Source of the DNA: Candidatus Methylomirabilia bacterium
GTDB taxonomy: Bacteria; Methylomirabilota; Methylomirabilia; Rokubacteriales; CSP1-6
Direction of reading: 5' to 3'
Length of the DNA stretch: 64,000 nt
Assembly (NCBI GenBank): GCA_046758965.1
Contig: JBHIBG010000001.1
Span: forward strand, 64,001 to 128,000
A model generated the notes under the pieces. That model was given only the letters and a program-made list of their open reading frames with translations, did not search any database and was not told the origin of the DNA. Made by a program: the position numbers and the translations under genes. Positions 40,673 through 50,034 of this stretch are shown here, in pieces (position 1 is the first letter of the stretch; every line of letters begins with the position of its first letter).

Positions 40673-40802
40673 AGGCTACTCCCACAGAAGGCGCTCCCCG
40701 GGCGCTCGCGGGGAGGACCCGACTACCGCCACCGGCACGCCCGGGTGGAAGGTCAGGTCGGCTGCCGGGTTCGCCCGGGGCACCTTGCTGTTCACCAAGC
40801 CC

Positions 40803-41399
40803 TCAGCGGATGAGGGTCGGGACCTGCGGAGCCTTCTCGGAGGGCTGGTTCAGGAGCTTGGCCCCTCGATAGAGATACTGGATTCCCGAGGAGACCGTGA
40901 ACATTGCGGTCACCCAGACGAGCCCGGACTTGACGCCGGGAACCATGGGAAACGCCAGACCTAGCAGGACGGCTAGGATCGTCACCATCTGGAGCCCGGT
41001 GCAGGCCTTGCCCAGAGCGGTCGGGGTGGGATGGATCTGACCTCCTGCCATGTGGACCAGAACGGCCCCAAGGACCAGGAGAAGGTCACGGCTGATCACG
41101 ACCACGGTGATCCAAAACGGGAGGGCAGTGGGATAGAGGTATGTCAGAGTGATGAAGGCAGTGGTCAGCAGAAGCTTGTCGGCCATGGGATCCAGAAAGG
41201 CGCCCAGGCGGCTCTGGCTGCCGCGCCTGCGTGCGATGTACCCATCCAGGAGATCGGTCAGGCTCGCGACGCAGAAGATCAGGAGGGACGCGACAGTCCA
41301 CCGGTAGACCAGCAGTGACACGAAGACCGGGATCAGGAGGATCCGCAGAAGGGTGAGCGAATTAGCCAGTCCCATGAGTCCGCCGAGGCCGATGGCCAT
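40803..41399 (-). CDS. CDP-alcohol phosphatidyltransferase (PgsA-like)
   Basis: ANSLTLLR, TDLLDGYIARR...GAFLDPMADK. Confidence 0.9.
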   Translation of the reverse strand: MAIGLGGLMGLANSLTLLRILLIPVFVSLLVYRWTVASLLIFCVASLTDLLDGYIARRRGSQSRLGAFLDPMADKLLLTTAFITLTYLYPTALPFWITVVVISRDLLLVLGAVLVHMAGGQIHPTPTALGKACTGLQMVTILAVLLGLAFPMVPGVKSGLVWVTAMFTVSSGIQYLYRGAKLLNQPSEKAPQVPTLIR

Positions 41400-41419
41400 T
41401 GTATCACCACCCCTTCCTC

Positions 41420-42715
41420 TCAGGGCGTCTCGATGCGGTAGCCCGAGACAGCCCCAAGCAGCGGGATCGGCAGCTCCACCTCGATCCGAATTCCCGTGGG
41501 CTCGTCGGCGCGGCGAAGCACCCGTCCACGCTCGTAGCAGAGCGCCAAGGTCGGGCCATCAGCGTAGGGAATCCGGAGCGTAGCGTGCCCCACGCGGACG
41601 CGCAGGGCCAGCCCGATCCGGGACAGGAGCTCGCTGATGCCCGCGCCCGATAGGGCGCAGAGTGGTGTGCCCCGAAACTCCTCGACGAGGGCTCGGAGAC
41701 CGTTCCCCCCGTCTACCTGATCCACCTTGTTGAGGACGAGAATCGAGGGGCGATCTCTCAGCCCGAGTTCGCCCAGGAGCCGCTCCACCACGGCGAGCTG
41801 CTCCTGGACGCCCGGGTGACTTGCATCCGCCACGTGGAGCAGCACGTCGGCTTCGTGCAGCTCTTCTAGGGTGGCCTTGAAGGCCGACACGAGCTGAGGG
41901 GGGAGCTTCCGGATGAAGCCCACGGTGTCAGTGAGCATAAACGGCTGGTGGTCTGGCGGCGTGATCAGGCGGGCCGCGGGATCGAGGGTGACGAAGAGCT
42001 GGTTCGCCGCTGGCAGCTGAGAGCCCGCGAGCTGGTTGAAGAGCGTGGTCTTGCCGGCATTGGTGTACCCCACCAGGGCCACGACGGGGAACCCGGTCGC
42101 TCGCCGTCGGGTTCTCAGGAGCCGGCGGTGCGTCTGCACGTGGTCAAGCTCTTTCTTCGTCTGGAGGATCCGCCTGCGGATGATCCGGCGATCGGACTCG
42201 AGCTGGGTCTCCCCTGGCCCACGGGTCCCGATCCCGCCTCCGAGACGCTCCAAGTGCTTCCACTGCCCCACCAGGCGGGGGAGCAGGTAGGTGAGCTGGG
42301 CGAGCTCGACCTGGAGCTTCCCAGCGCTTGTGCGCGCCCGCTGGGCGAAGATATCAAGGATCAGCGCGGTCCGGTCGATGACCTTCAGCTTCAGCGTCTG
42401 CTCAAGATTTCGTTCCTGGATCGGCGAAAGGCCGTCGTCGGAGATGAGGAGGTCGGCTTCTCCCGCGCGGGCCAGCTCCCGGAGTTCCTCCACCTTCCCC
42501 TTGCCGAAGTAGAGGGAGGGAGACCGGGCCTCGCGCTGCTGAATGAGGGTGCCGACCACCCGAGCGCCAGCCGATTCGGCCAATTGGCCCAACTCGGCGA
42601 GGGAGTCCAACGTCTCCCAGCGACGCTGGCTCGGGGTTTGGAGGGCGGCCAGAATGGCTCGCTCTGTTCGCGTTCGGTTCTCAGGCAGGGATCCGCCCTC
42701 CCCGGAGGAGCCCAT
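41420..42715 (-). CDS. hflX: GTPase HflX
   Basis: GKGKVEE, LILDIFAQRA, GIGTRGPGETQLESDRR, GYTNAGKT, DTVGFI. Confidence 0.96.
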   Translation of the reverse strand: MGSSGEGGSLPENRTRTERAILAALQTPSQRRWETLDSLAELGQLAESAGARVVGTLIQQREARSPSLYFGKGKVEELRELARAGEADLLISDDGLSPIQERNLEQTLKLKVIDRTALILDIFAQRARTSAGKLQVELAQLTYLLPRLVGQWKHLERLGGGIGTRGPGETQLESDRRIIRRRILQTKKELDHVQTHRRLLRTRRRATGFPVVALVGYTNAGKTTLFNQLAGSQLPAANQLFVTLDPAARLITPPDHQPFMLTDTVGFIRKLPPQLVSAFKATLEELHEADVLLHVADASHPGVQEQLAVVERLLGELGLRDRPSILVLNKVDQVDGGNGLRALVEEFRGTPLCALSGAGISELLSRIGLALRVRVGHATLRIPYADGPTLALCYERGRVLRRADEPTGIRIEVELPIPLLGAVSGYRIETP

Positions 42716-43733
42716 GCCGCTCGATGAGCTTGGCGATCGCCTGCGCGGCCCTTTCGAGATCGCAGGGGGCTTTCAGATCCATCCACTGGAGGTCTGGCTC
42801 GCGCTTGAACCACGTCCACTGGCGCTTGGCGTAACGAATGGTGTCCCGCTTCATGAGCCTTACCGCTTCCGCTTCGCTGATCCGGCCCCGCAGCATCCAG
42901 CAGAAGTGGCGGTAGCCGATTCCCTTCATAGCTGAGAGCGACTCGTCGTACCCGGCCTGGAGGAGCCCCCGAACCTCATCTTGGAGACCCTGAGCCACCA
43001 TCGCCTCAACCCGGAAGTTCAGGGTCGTGGCCAATGCGGCTCGAGGTCTGGTGAGCCCCACCATCAGAAGTCGGAACGGAGGACGGTTCATCGCCCAGTC
43101 CCCCGCTCCGCCTTCCCCGTCATGACCGGAGTGAGACCCGCCAAGGACCTGTGGCGCCTCCCGATACCGACGAACCTCAATAGCCCTGATAATCCTCATC
43201 ATATCTTTAGGATGAATACGCCTGGCAGCCTCAGGGTCTACTTTAAGTAGCACTTGATGAAGCGCGTTGGGTGAACGGCCTCTGGCCCAGCGTGAGAGCT
43301 CCCCCCTGAACTCCGGGTGTCCGGGGGGTGCGGGGGAAAGCCCCCGCAGGAGCGCCCGGATGTAGAGCCCCGTGCCCCCCACAACCACCGGCAATCGCCC
43401 TCGCTCCCGGATCTCGCGGATGGCGGTGAGCGCCTCTCGCCTGAACCGAGCCGCATGGTAGCGCTCGTCGGGGTCAACGAGATCAAGCAAGTGGTGCGGC
43501 ACCTGTGCGCGCTGGGCGGGGTTCGGCTTCCCGGTCCCGATCTCCATCCGGCGATAGACCTGGCGAGAGTCCGCGCTCACCACCTCAAGGGGAATCCGTC
43601 GAGCCAGGTGAATGGCGGTCTCGGTCTTCCCGATCCCCGTCGGCCCGGTAATGACGACTAGGGGCTCCAAAGTGCGGCCCATATCCCTATCATACGGCCC
43701 CGGCAGGGTCTCTGCGCGGTGATCCACGCTCAC
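42681..43733 (-). CDS. miaA: tRNA dimethylallyltransferase
   Basis: GPTGIGKT, SADSRQVYR.MEIGTGKP, VGGTGLY, IGYR, YAKRQWTWF; start may be 43683. Confidence 0.95.
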   Translation of the reverse strand: MSVDHRAETLPGPYDRDMGRTLEPLVVITGPTGIGKTETAIHLARRIPLEVVSADSRQVYRRMEIGTGKPNPAQRAQVPHHLLDLVDPDERYHAARFRREALTAIREIRERGRLPVVVGGTGLYIRALLRGLSPAPPGHPEFRGELSRWARGRSPNALHQVLLKVDPEAARRIHPKDMMRIIRAIEVRRYREAPQVLGGSHSGHDGEGGAGDWAMNRPPFRLLMVGLTRPRAALATTLNFRVEAMVAQGLQDEVRGLLQAGYDESLSAMKGIGYRHFCWMLRGRISEAEAVRLMKRDTIRYAKRQWTWFKREPDLQWMDLKAPCDLERAAQAIAKLIERHGLLRGGRIPA

Positions 43734-45448
43734 CAGGTTCGTCGGAGCTCGCGCTTGATCTCTCTGAGGGAGACGCGGGAGAGAATCGGCCGGCCGTGCG
43801 GGCAGAAGTACGGGGTCTCGGTCGTGGAAAGGTCAGCGAGGAGACGCCGCATCTCGCCGTGATCCAGTGGCCGATTCGCCTTGATCGCCGCCCGGCAGGC
43901 CACGAAGGAGAGCGCCCGATCCACCAGCGGCGCCGTTGCTCCTTGATAGGCTGTGCCCACCTCTTCCAGCAGGGCCTCGATAAGCCGATGAGGTTCTTCC
44001 CCCTTCAAGAGCGAGGGGACGCCCCGAAGCAGGAGGGTTCCCCCCCCGAACTCCTCCAGGGCGAATCCCAACTCCTCGAGGGTCGGGAGCCACCGGCTCA
44101 ACAGGCTCCGGCTTGCCGGTCCGAGCGTCAGTGGCTCCGCGAGGAGAAGTTCCTGGGAGGGAAGCGGCCCTGAGGCCAGCTCAGCCTTTAGCCGTTCGAA
44201 CAGCACGCGCTCGTGCGCCACATGCTGGTCGATGAAAAACACCTCTTCCTGGTTGGCTGCCACGATGAAGGTCTCCTCCACTTGCCCGACCGGCTGTCCA
44301 AACAGCGATGGGCCGTACGGGGAGACCTCCTCACGGAAGAGGGACGGCTGGGCGCCTTCCGATCCCGCTGGGGCCGGGATCCCCGGAGCACCCGTGTCTG
44401 CCGGCGTGAGCCCTGCTCCTCGAGAGCCGGGCGTGCCGGAACGGGGACTCTGAAGGACCTCTCCGGAGCGGAGCGCCGCCTGCACCGCTCTAAAGACCGC
44501 CTCCTGGACCAGCCTCGGCTCACGAAATCGCACCCAGGCTTTAGCAGGGTGCACATTCACGTCCACTTCCTGGGGGGGGAGCGCCAGCATCAGCGCGGCA
44601 ACGGGAAACCGGTCTCGAGCCAGCAGCGGACGGTAGGCCTCGAGCAGGGTTTCTCGGAGCAGCGCGTCGCTCACTGGCCTCCCGTTCACGATAATGACGA
44701 TCCAATCCCGGCCCCCCCGGGTCATGTGGGGAGGGCTGATGAGCCCGGTGAGCACCGCCTTTGACTCTCCCGGGAGCAGATCCAGGAGCTGCCCGGCCCA
44801 CTCGTAGCCGAGGAAGGCCGCCACCCGGTCTCTCAGCGTGTTCACAGGCGGCGCCGTCAGGACAGACTTGCCGTTGTGGGTGACCTGCACTCTGAGGCGG
44901 GGATGCGCCAGGGCAAGGTGGCTGGCCACCCTCAGTGCGAGGGCCAGCTCCGACTGGGGGTGCTTCAGGAATTTGAGCCGCGCGGGAGTGTTAAAGAAGA
45001 GATCGAAGATTTCCACGCTGGTGCCTGCGGCAGCTTCCACGGCGAGCCGCTCGGTGATCGCCCCCCCCTCCCCTCTCACCAGCGTTCCCCGACTGGATCC
45101 TCGCGGGGCTGATAAGATCGTGAAGCGCGAGACGGAACAGATCGCCGGAAACGCCTCGCCCCTGAAGCCGAGCGTTCCGATGGCCTCGAGGTCGGCTTCG
45201 GAGCCGACCTTCGAGGTCGCATGGCGCTCCAGCGCCAGGGTAAGCTCGTCGGCGGTCATTCCCACTCCGTCGTCGGTGACTCGGATGAGCTGGCGACCGG
45301 CGTCCTTCAGGTCAACGCTCACCGCCCCCGCGTCAGCATCGATGGCGTTTTCGAGAAGCTCCTTGAGCACCGAGGCCGGGCGCTCGACCACCTCTCCTGC
45401 GGCGATCTTGTTGATGAGCTCGTCCGGGAGCCGCCGGATCCGGCTCAT
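43730..45448 (-). CDS. mutL: Mismatch repair endonuclease MutL
   Basis: IAAGEVVERP, ATSK, GFRGEA, DVNVHP; DQHVAHE/ACR/CPHGRP endonuclease motifs (MutH-independent type). Confidence 0.96.
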   Translation of the reverse strand: MSRIRRLPDELINKIAAGEVVERPASVLKELLENAIDADAGAVSVDLKDAGRQLIRVTDDGVGMTADELTLALERHATSKVGSEADLEAIGTLGFRGEAFPAICSVSRFTILSAPRGSSRGTLVRGEGGAITERLAVEAAAGTSVEIFDLFFNTPARLKFLKHPQSELALALRVASHLALAHPRLRVQVTHNGKSVLTAPPVNTLRDRVAAFLGYEWAGQLLDLLPGESKAVLTGLISPPHMTRGGRDWIVIIVNGRPVSDALLRETLLEAYRPLLARDRFPVAALMLALPPQEVDVNVHPAKAWVRFREPRLVQEAVFRAVQAALRSGEVLQSPRSGTPGSRGAGLTPADTGAPGIPAPAGSEGAQPSLFREEVSPYGPSLFGQPVGQVEETFIVAANQEEVFFIDQHVAHERVLFERLKAELASGPLPSQELLLAEPLTLGPASRSLLSRWLPTLEELGFALEEFGGGTLLLRGVPSLLKGEEPHRLIEALLEEVGTAYQGATAPLVDRALSFVACRAAIKANRPLDHGEMRRLLADLSTTETPYFCPHGRPILSRVSLREIKRELRRTW

Positions 45449-48090
45449 GGCGCCTCCCTGAGCGTTGCCTGCCACTGAGCGAGGAGGGTGAGGGCCTGAA
45501 GCGGCGTGAACTGGTTCAGGTCCAGGCCCGCCAGTTCGACGAGCACCGGGTGAGGAGTGGCCGGGAAGAGACCGAGCTGAACGGCCTCCGCGCGCGACGC
45601 GCGGGGGTTGGCATCAGAAGCGAGGGTGGCGCCGGGCTCTCCGCCTTGCGGAAACTGCCACGGCAGCCCCTGGCGGCTCGCCTCCAGCCCGGCCAGAAAC
45701 TCCTTGGCACGCTGGATTACCGCGAGGGGTAATCCGGCCAACCGAGCGACCTGGATCCCGTAGCTTCGGTCGGTTCCCCCGGGGCGCACTTTGTGGAGGA
45801 AGATGATCTGGTCATTCCACTCTCGCACCGCGAAGTGGAAGTTTCTGATGCGTGGGAATCGTTCGGCCAGCTGCGTGAGTTCGTGATAGTGGGTGGCGAA
45901 GATGACCTTGGCGCCGCCGCCGCGCTCGTGGAGCTCCTCGGCGACGGCCCAGGCGATGGCCAGCCCGTCGAATGTCGAGGTGCCGCGGCCGACCTCATCG
46001 AGGAGAATCAAGCTCCGCGCCCTGGCGTTGTGGAGGATGTTGGCGGTTTCGACCATTTCCACCAGGAACGTGCTCTGCCCTCGCGAGAGGTTATCCCGTG
46101 CTCCCACGCGGGTGAAGATTCGGTCGACCAGGCCGATCTCCGCCTCCCGAGCCGGGACGAGGGCGCCCATCTGGGCCAGAATCACGATGAGCGCTGCCTG
46201 TCGCATGAAGGTGGACTTGCCGCTCATATTGGGGCCGGTCAGGACCGCGATCTGGGCGCTCTCTCCGTCCAGCTCTAAGTCGTTGGGGATGAACGGCCGA
46301 TCGCCGACGGCCTCGAGCACGGGATGACGGCCGTCCACGATGCGGAGACCGCGACGGGGATTCACCTCAGGCCGAACATGGCCGCGCAGGTGGGCTACCT
46401 CGGCTAAAGCCGCGAGCAGATCCAGAGTGCCCACGGCCCGCGCGCTCTGGAGAAGGGCGGCGGCCTCTCGAGCGACAGCTTGCCGCACTTCCTCAAAGAG
46501 CTGGAGCTCGAGCCGGTTGATCCGCTCCTCGGCCCCGAGCACCTTCGCCTCGTAGGCCTGGAGCTCGGGGGTGACGAACCGCTCGGCTCCCACCAGGGTT
46601 TGGCGTCGGACGTAGTCGGGAGGGACTCGCCCGAGATTGGCCTTCGAGACTTCGATGGCATAGCCAAAGACACGGTTGAAGCGAACCCTGAGGGTGGCGA
46701 TCCCTGTGCGCTCGCGCTCCCTCGCTTCCAGCGAGGCAATCCAGGCCTTCGCCTCCCGGGATTCCCGGCAAAGGTCCGACAGGGCCTGGCTCCAGCGCTC
46801 ACGGATGAGGCCGCCCTCGGAAAGGTTCAATGGCGGGTGATCCTCCAAGGCGTCCTCGAGGAGCTTCTGCACCGGGTGAAGCTCGGCCATCTCGGCACCC
46901 AGCGTTGACAGCAGGGGGACCGGCAACCCCGCGAGAGCAGACTTCAGAACGGGAAGCGGGGCGAGGGAACTCCTGAGGGCGACGAGATCCCGCGCATGGG
47001 CGACGCCGAGCGCCACCCGGCTCGTGAGGCGCTCGATGTCCCCCACGGCCGTGAGGCGGGATCGGAGCTCTGCGCGGAGCCCCGGGGCTTCCACCAGCTT
47101 CGCCACGGCTTCCTGACGGCTGCCGATTTCTGCCTGGTCCAGTAAGGGACGGAGAAGCCATTGCCTCAGCAACCTGGCGCCCATAGGGGTCTCGGTCTTG
47201 TTGAGGATGCCGTAGAGGGAGCCTTTCACCGACCGCTCTTGCGTCGTTTCGAAGAGCTCGAGCGTGGCCACGGCGGTCTCGTCGAGCACCATGGCCTCGC
47301 CGGGGTGGAAGCGCTGGAGCCGCGTGAGGTGGCCGAGGGATTCGCCCTGGGTCTCCTGGAGGTAGAGGAGAGCAGCGCCAGCGGCCCCCAACCCCCAATG
47401 CATGCCCTCGAGGCCGAAGGCCTCCAGGGAGGGTACGGAGAACCGGCGACAGAGCGCCTCACGCGCCGACCCCGAAGAGAAGAGCGCGGGGTCAACGAAG
47501 GTGAGGGTGGCGCCTGTCGAGCCGAGCCGAGTCCGGAGTTCCTGAGCTTGCTGGAGCGTGGTGGCGAGGAGGATCTCGGCCGGGCACCTGAGGAGGGCAG
47601 CATCCAGGAGAGCCTGACCCTCCCCCGGCTCTTCGCCCACCCAGAACTCGCCGGTGGTGATGTCCACCAGCGCAATGCCGAGGCCGTCCCGCCCCTTCGC
47701 CAGGGCCAGCAGGTAGTTGTTCGTTCCCCGATCCAGAAACGCGGTGTCAGTGACAGTCCCCGGGGTGATGAGCCGCACCACCTCCCGCCGGAGCAGTTTC
47801 TTCCCCGTCCCCGGAGCCTCCATCTGCTCCGAGATCGCTACCTTCTGTCCCGCGGTGATGAGCCTGGCGATGTAGCCCTGAGCCGCGTGGTGGGGGATCC
47901 CCGCCATCGGGATCGCCCCGTCCCCCTTCTGGCGGGAGGTCAGGGCGATCTGCAGGATGCGCGCCCCTGACTCGGCGTCCTCGAAGAACATCTCGTAGAA
48001 GTCGCCGAGCCGGAAGAGCAGCAGGTAATCCGGGTACCGGCGCTTGAGCTCGCGATACTGGCGCATCATCGGGCTCAGGGCGGCAGGCAT
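45445..48090 (-). CDS. mutS: Mismatch repair protein MutS
   Basis: SPMMRQY, GDFYEMF, GPNMSGKST, DEVGRGTS, SYGIQVA, clamp motif QLGLF. Confidence 0.96.
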   Translation of the reverse strand: MPAALSPMMRQYRELKRRYPDYLLLFRLGDFYEMFFEDAESGARILQIALTSRQKGDGAIPMAGIPHHAAQGYIARLITAGQKVAISEQMEAPGTGKKLLRREVVRLITPGTVTDTAFLDRGTNNYLLALAKGRDGLGIALVDITTGEFWVGEEPGEGQALLDAALLRCPAEILLATTLQQAQELRTRLGSTGATLTFVDPALFSSGSAREALCRRFSVPSLEAFGLEGMHWGLGAAGAALLYLQETQGESLGHLTRLQRFHPGEAMVLDETAVATLELFETTQERSVKGSLYGILNKTETPMGARLLRQWLLRPLLDQAEIGSRQEAVAKLVEAPGLRAELRSRLTAVGDIERLTSRVALGVAHARDLVALRSSLAPLPVLKSALAGLPVPLLSTLGAEMAELHPVQKLLEDALEDHPPLNLSEGGLIRERWSQALSDLCRESREAKAWIASLEARERERTGIATLRVRFNRVFGYAIEVSKANLGRVPPDYVRRQTLVGAERFVTPELQAYEAKVLGAEERINRLELQLFEEVRQAVAREAAALLQSARAVGTLDLLAALAEVAHLRGHVRPEVNPRRGLRIVDGRHPVLEAVGDRPFIPNDLELDGESAQIAVLTGPNMSGKSTFMRQAALIVILAQMGALVPAREAEIGLVDRIFTRVGARDNLSRGQSTFLVEMVETANILHNARARSLILLDEVGRGTSTFDGLAIAWAVAEELHERGGGAKVIFATHYHELTQLAERFPRIRNFHFAVREWNDQIIFLHKVRPGGTDRSYGIQVARLAGLPLAVIQRAKEFLAGLEASRQGLPWQFPQGGEPGATLASDANPRASRAEAVQLGLFPATPHPVLVELAGLDLNQFTPLQALTLLAQWQATLREAP

Positions 48091-48107
48091 CTGGATGCGC
48101 TCCTGAG

Positions 48108-48593
48108 TCACGGTGCGAGGCCAGGGCGCAGGCGGTCGTAGGTCGCCTCGAGGGATTCGGGAAGCACCCGGACATCCCCCAAGACCGGCATAAAGTTGCT
48201 GTCGCCGTCCCAACGCGGGACCACATGGAGATGCAGGTGACCCGCTACCCCCGCTCCCGCTGCGCGTCCCTGGTTTACTCCCACGTTGAACCCGTCGGGG
48301 CGGTACACGGCCGTGAGGGCACGCATGGCGGACTGCACAAGGGCCAGGGCTTCACCGAGCTCTTCAGGGGCGGCATCCTCCAGCGCTCCCACGTGGCGGC
48401 TCACCACCGCCATGAGGTGCCCGGGCGTGTAGGGGAACGTGTTGAGAATCAAGAACGCCAGCGGTTTGCGACAGAGGATGAGGGCCGCCCGGTCATCTGT
48501 GGAAGCGAGCGCGTCACAGAGGAGGCAGCCCGGACTCTTCTGCGAGGCGCCGGAGACGTAGGCCATCCGCCAGGGAGCCCAGAGCCGGTCCAC
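48108..48593 (-). CDS. HIT-family hydrolase
   Basis: LWAPWRM.Y, CLLC, PYTPGHLM, HLHLHVVPRW. Confidence 0.92.
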   Translation of the reverse strand: MDRLWAPWRMAYVSGASQKSPGCLLCDALASTDDRAALILCRKPLAFLILNTFPYTPGHLMAVVSRHVGALEDAAPEELGEALALVQSAMRALTAVYRPDGFNVGVNQGRAAGAGVAGHLHLHVVPRWDGDSNFMPVLGDVRVLPESLEATYDRLRPGLAP

Positions 48594-48660
48594 GCCCCTT
48601 AACAAACAAAGGCAGGGAGGGGAACACCCCACCCCACCTTCGCTGAGGAAGCCCGATGGC

Positions 48661-48936
48661 TCACGTGTTGACGAGGTCGCGGAGCCGTTTGCCTACCTTG
48701 AAAAACGGGACGCGCTTTTCGGGAACGCTCACGTTTGTCCCCGTCTTGGGGTTGCGCCCCTTCCGAGCGTTCCGGTGACGGATCCTGAAGCTGCCGAAGC
48801 CGCGGAGCTCCACCTTGTCGGCTTTTACTAAGGCGTCGATGATCTGATTAAAGATCGTGTCGACAATCAGTTCCGTCTCTTTCTTGGTGAGGTTCGATGA
48901 CTTGGCGACTTCATCGATCAGGTCCGCTTTTGTCAT
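48661..48936 (-). CDS. ihfB: Integration host factor beta / HU-family protein
   Basis: MTKADL, VELRGFGSF, GRNPKTG, VPFFKVGK; rpsA-sppA-ihfB context. Confidence 0.85.
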   Translation of the reverse strand: MTKADLIDEVAKSSNLTKKETELIVDTIFNQIIDALVKADKVELRGFGSFRIRHRNARKGRNPKTGTNVSVPEKRVPFFKVGKRLRDLVNT

Positions 48937-49006
48937 CTTCCGACTCCCTCCACCCAGGATCGCCCCACTGCCCCCCAGCCGGAGACACCGTCAAAATGCC
49001 GGCAAC

Positions 49007-49036
49007 ACGCTATCACGGAGGCGCGAAGATTGTCAA
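49007..49036 (-). promoter_or_regulatory. Sigma-70 promoter upstream of ihfB
   Basis: TTGACA-N18-TAGCGT with TGn extended -10. Confidence 0.55.
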
Positions 49037-49139
49037 GAAGGTTACGGGGTTACAGCCGTTTCCTTCCGCGGGAAATCGGCTCGCAGCGCCGCGGGAACCT
49101 GCGTCCTTGGGGCGTGATCCAGCGCTTCCTCCCGAGCCC

Positions 49140-50030
49140 TCAGTCCATCAGGTAGAGCGGGGTCTTCATGGCTGGCAGAGCCAGTGACAGCCCCGGCCGG
49201 CCGGACAAGCCGAGCTGGTTGAGGAGGAAATCGAGGAGCGAGAAACGCCGCCGTGGACGGATCACGGTCGGCTTCTCTCCGAGCCCGGCCAGCTTCGCGG
49301 CGCCCTGGATGGCCTCCTCCAGCCCCCCCAGCTCGTCAACCATTCCGAGTTCCTTGGCCTGCTGACCCGAAACGATCCGGCCATCGGCGAAGCGCAGCAC
49401 CTTGGCCTTCCTCATCTTCCGGCCCTCTGCCACCGCCTCAACAAACTGGTCATAGACATTGTCCAGCAGCGCCTGAAGAATCCGGCGCTCTTCGGGGCTC
49501 ATCGTGCGGGCGAAGTTGCCGACGTCTTTGTACCGACCCGACTTGACCACTACATAGTCGATCCCGATCCTCTTGAGAAGCCCCTCCACGTTGGGCAGCT
49601 GCATCACCACGCCGATGGAGCCGGTGAGGGTCCCGGGGCTCGCGTAGATCCGGTCGGCGGCGGTCGCCACATAGTACCCTCCCGAGGCGGCCACGGCTCC
49701 TAGCGAGGCCACCACAGGTTTTCCCGCCTGCCTGAGCCGCAGCACTGCCGCGTACATCTCCTGGGTGGGCGCCACCACGCCCCCGGGGCTGTTAATCCGG
49801 AGCACCACGGCCCGGACCGCAGAGTCCTCTGCGTGCCCTCTGAGCTCCCGGACGACGGGCTCGGAGTCGAGGATCACGCCTCCGAGCTCCACTACTGCCA
49901 GCTTCTGCCCACCTGGGAAGCCACTCCCTTCAATGAGAGAGATGAGCGCCCAAACGGCCAGGAAGAAGAGCACCAGCACTCCGGCCGTGACACCGAAGGC
50001 GATGGCGATGGTCCGACCCCGGCGGTTCAC
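49140..50030 (-). CDS. sppA: Signal peptide peptidase SppA (36K type)
   Basis: LRINSPGG, AASGGYY, TGSIGV, KSGRYKD, ADGR. Confidence 0.93.
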   Translation of the reverse strand: MNRRGRTIAIAFGVTAGVLVLFFLAVWALISLIEGSGFPGGQKLAVVELGGVILDSEPVVRELRGHAEDSAVRAVVLRINSPGGVVAPTQEMYAAVLRLRQAGKPVVASLGAVAASGGYYVATAADRIYASPGTLTGSIGVVMQLPNVEGLLKRIGIDYVVVKSGRYKDVGNFARTMSPEERRILQALLDNVYDQFVEAVAEGRKMRKAKVLRFADGRIVSGQQAKELGMVDELGGLEEAIQGAAKLAGLGEKPTVIRPRRRFSLLDFLLNQLGLSGRPGLSLALPAMKTPLYLMD

Positions 50031-50034
50031 AACC

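Noticed and set aside
43190..43218. dif-like site within the miaA AT patch
   Set aside because: Poor match to the conserved XerD arm TTATGTTAAAT
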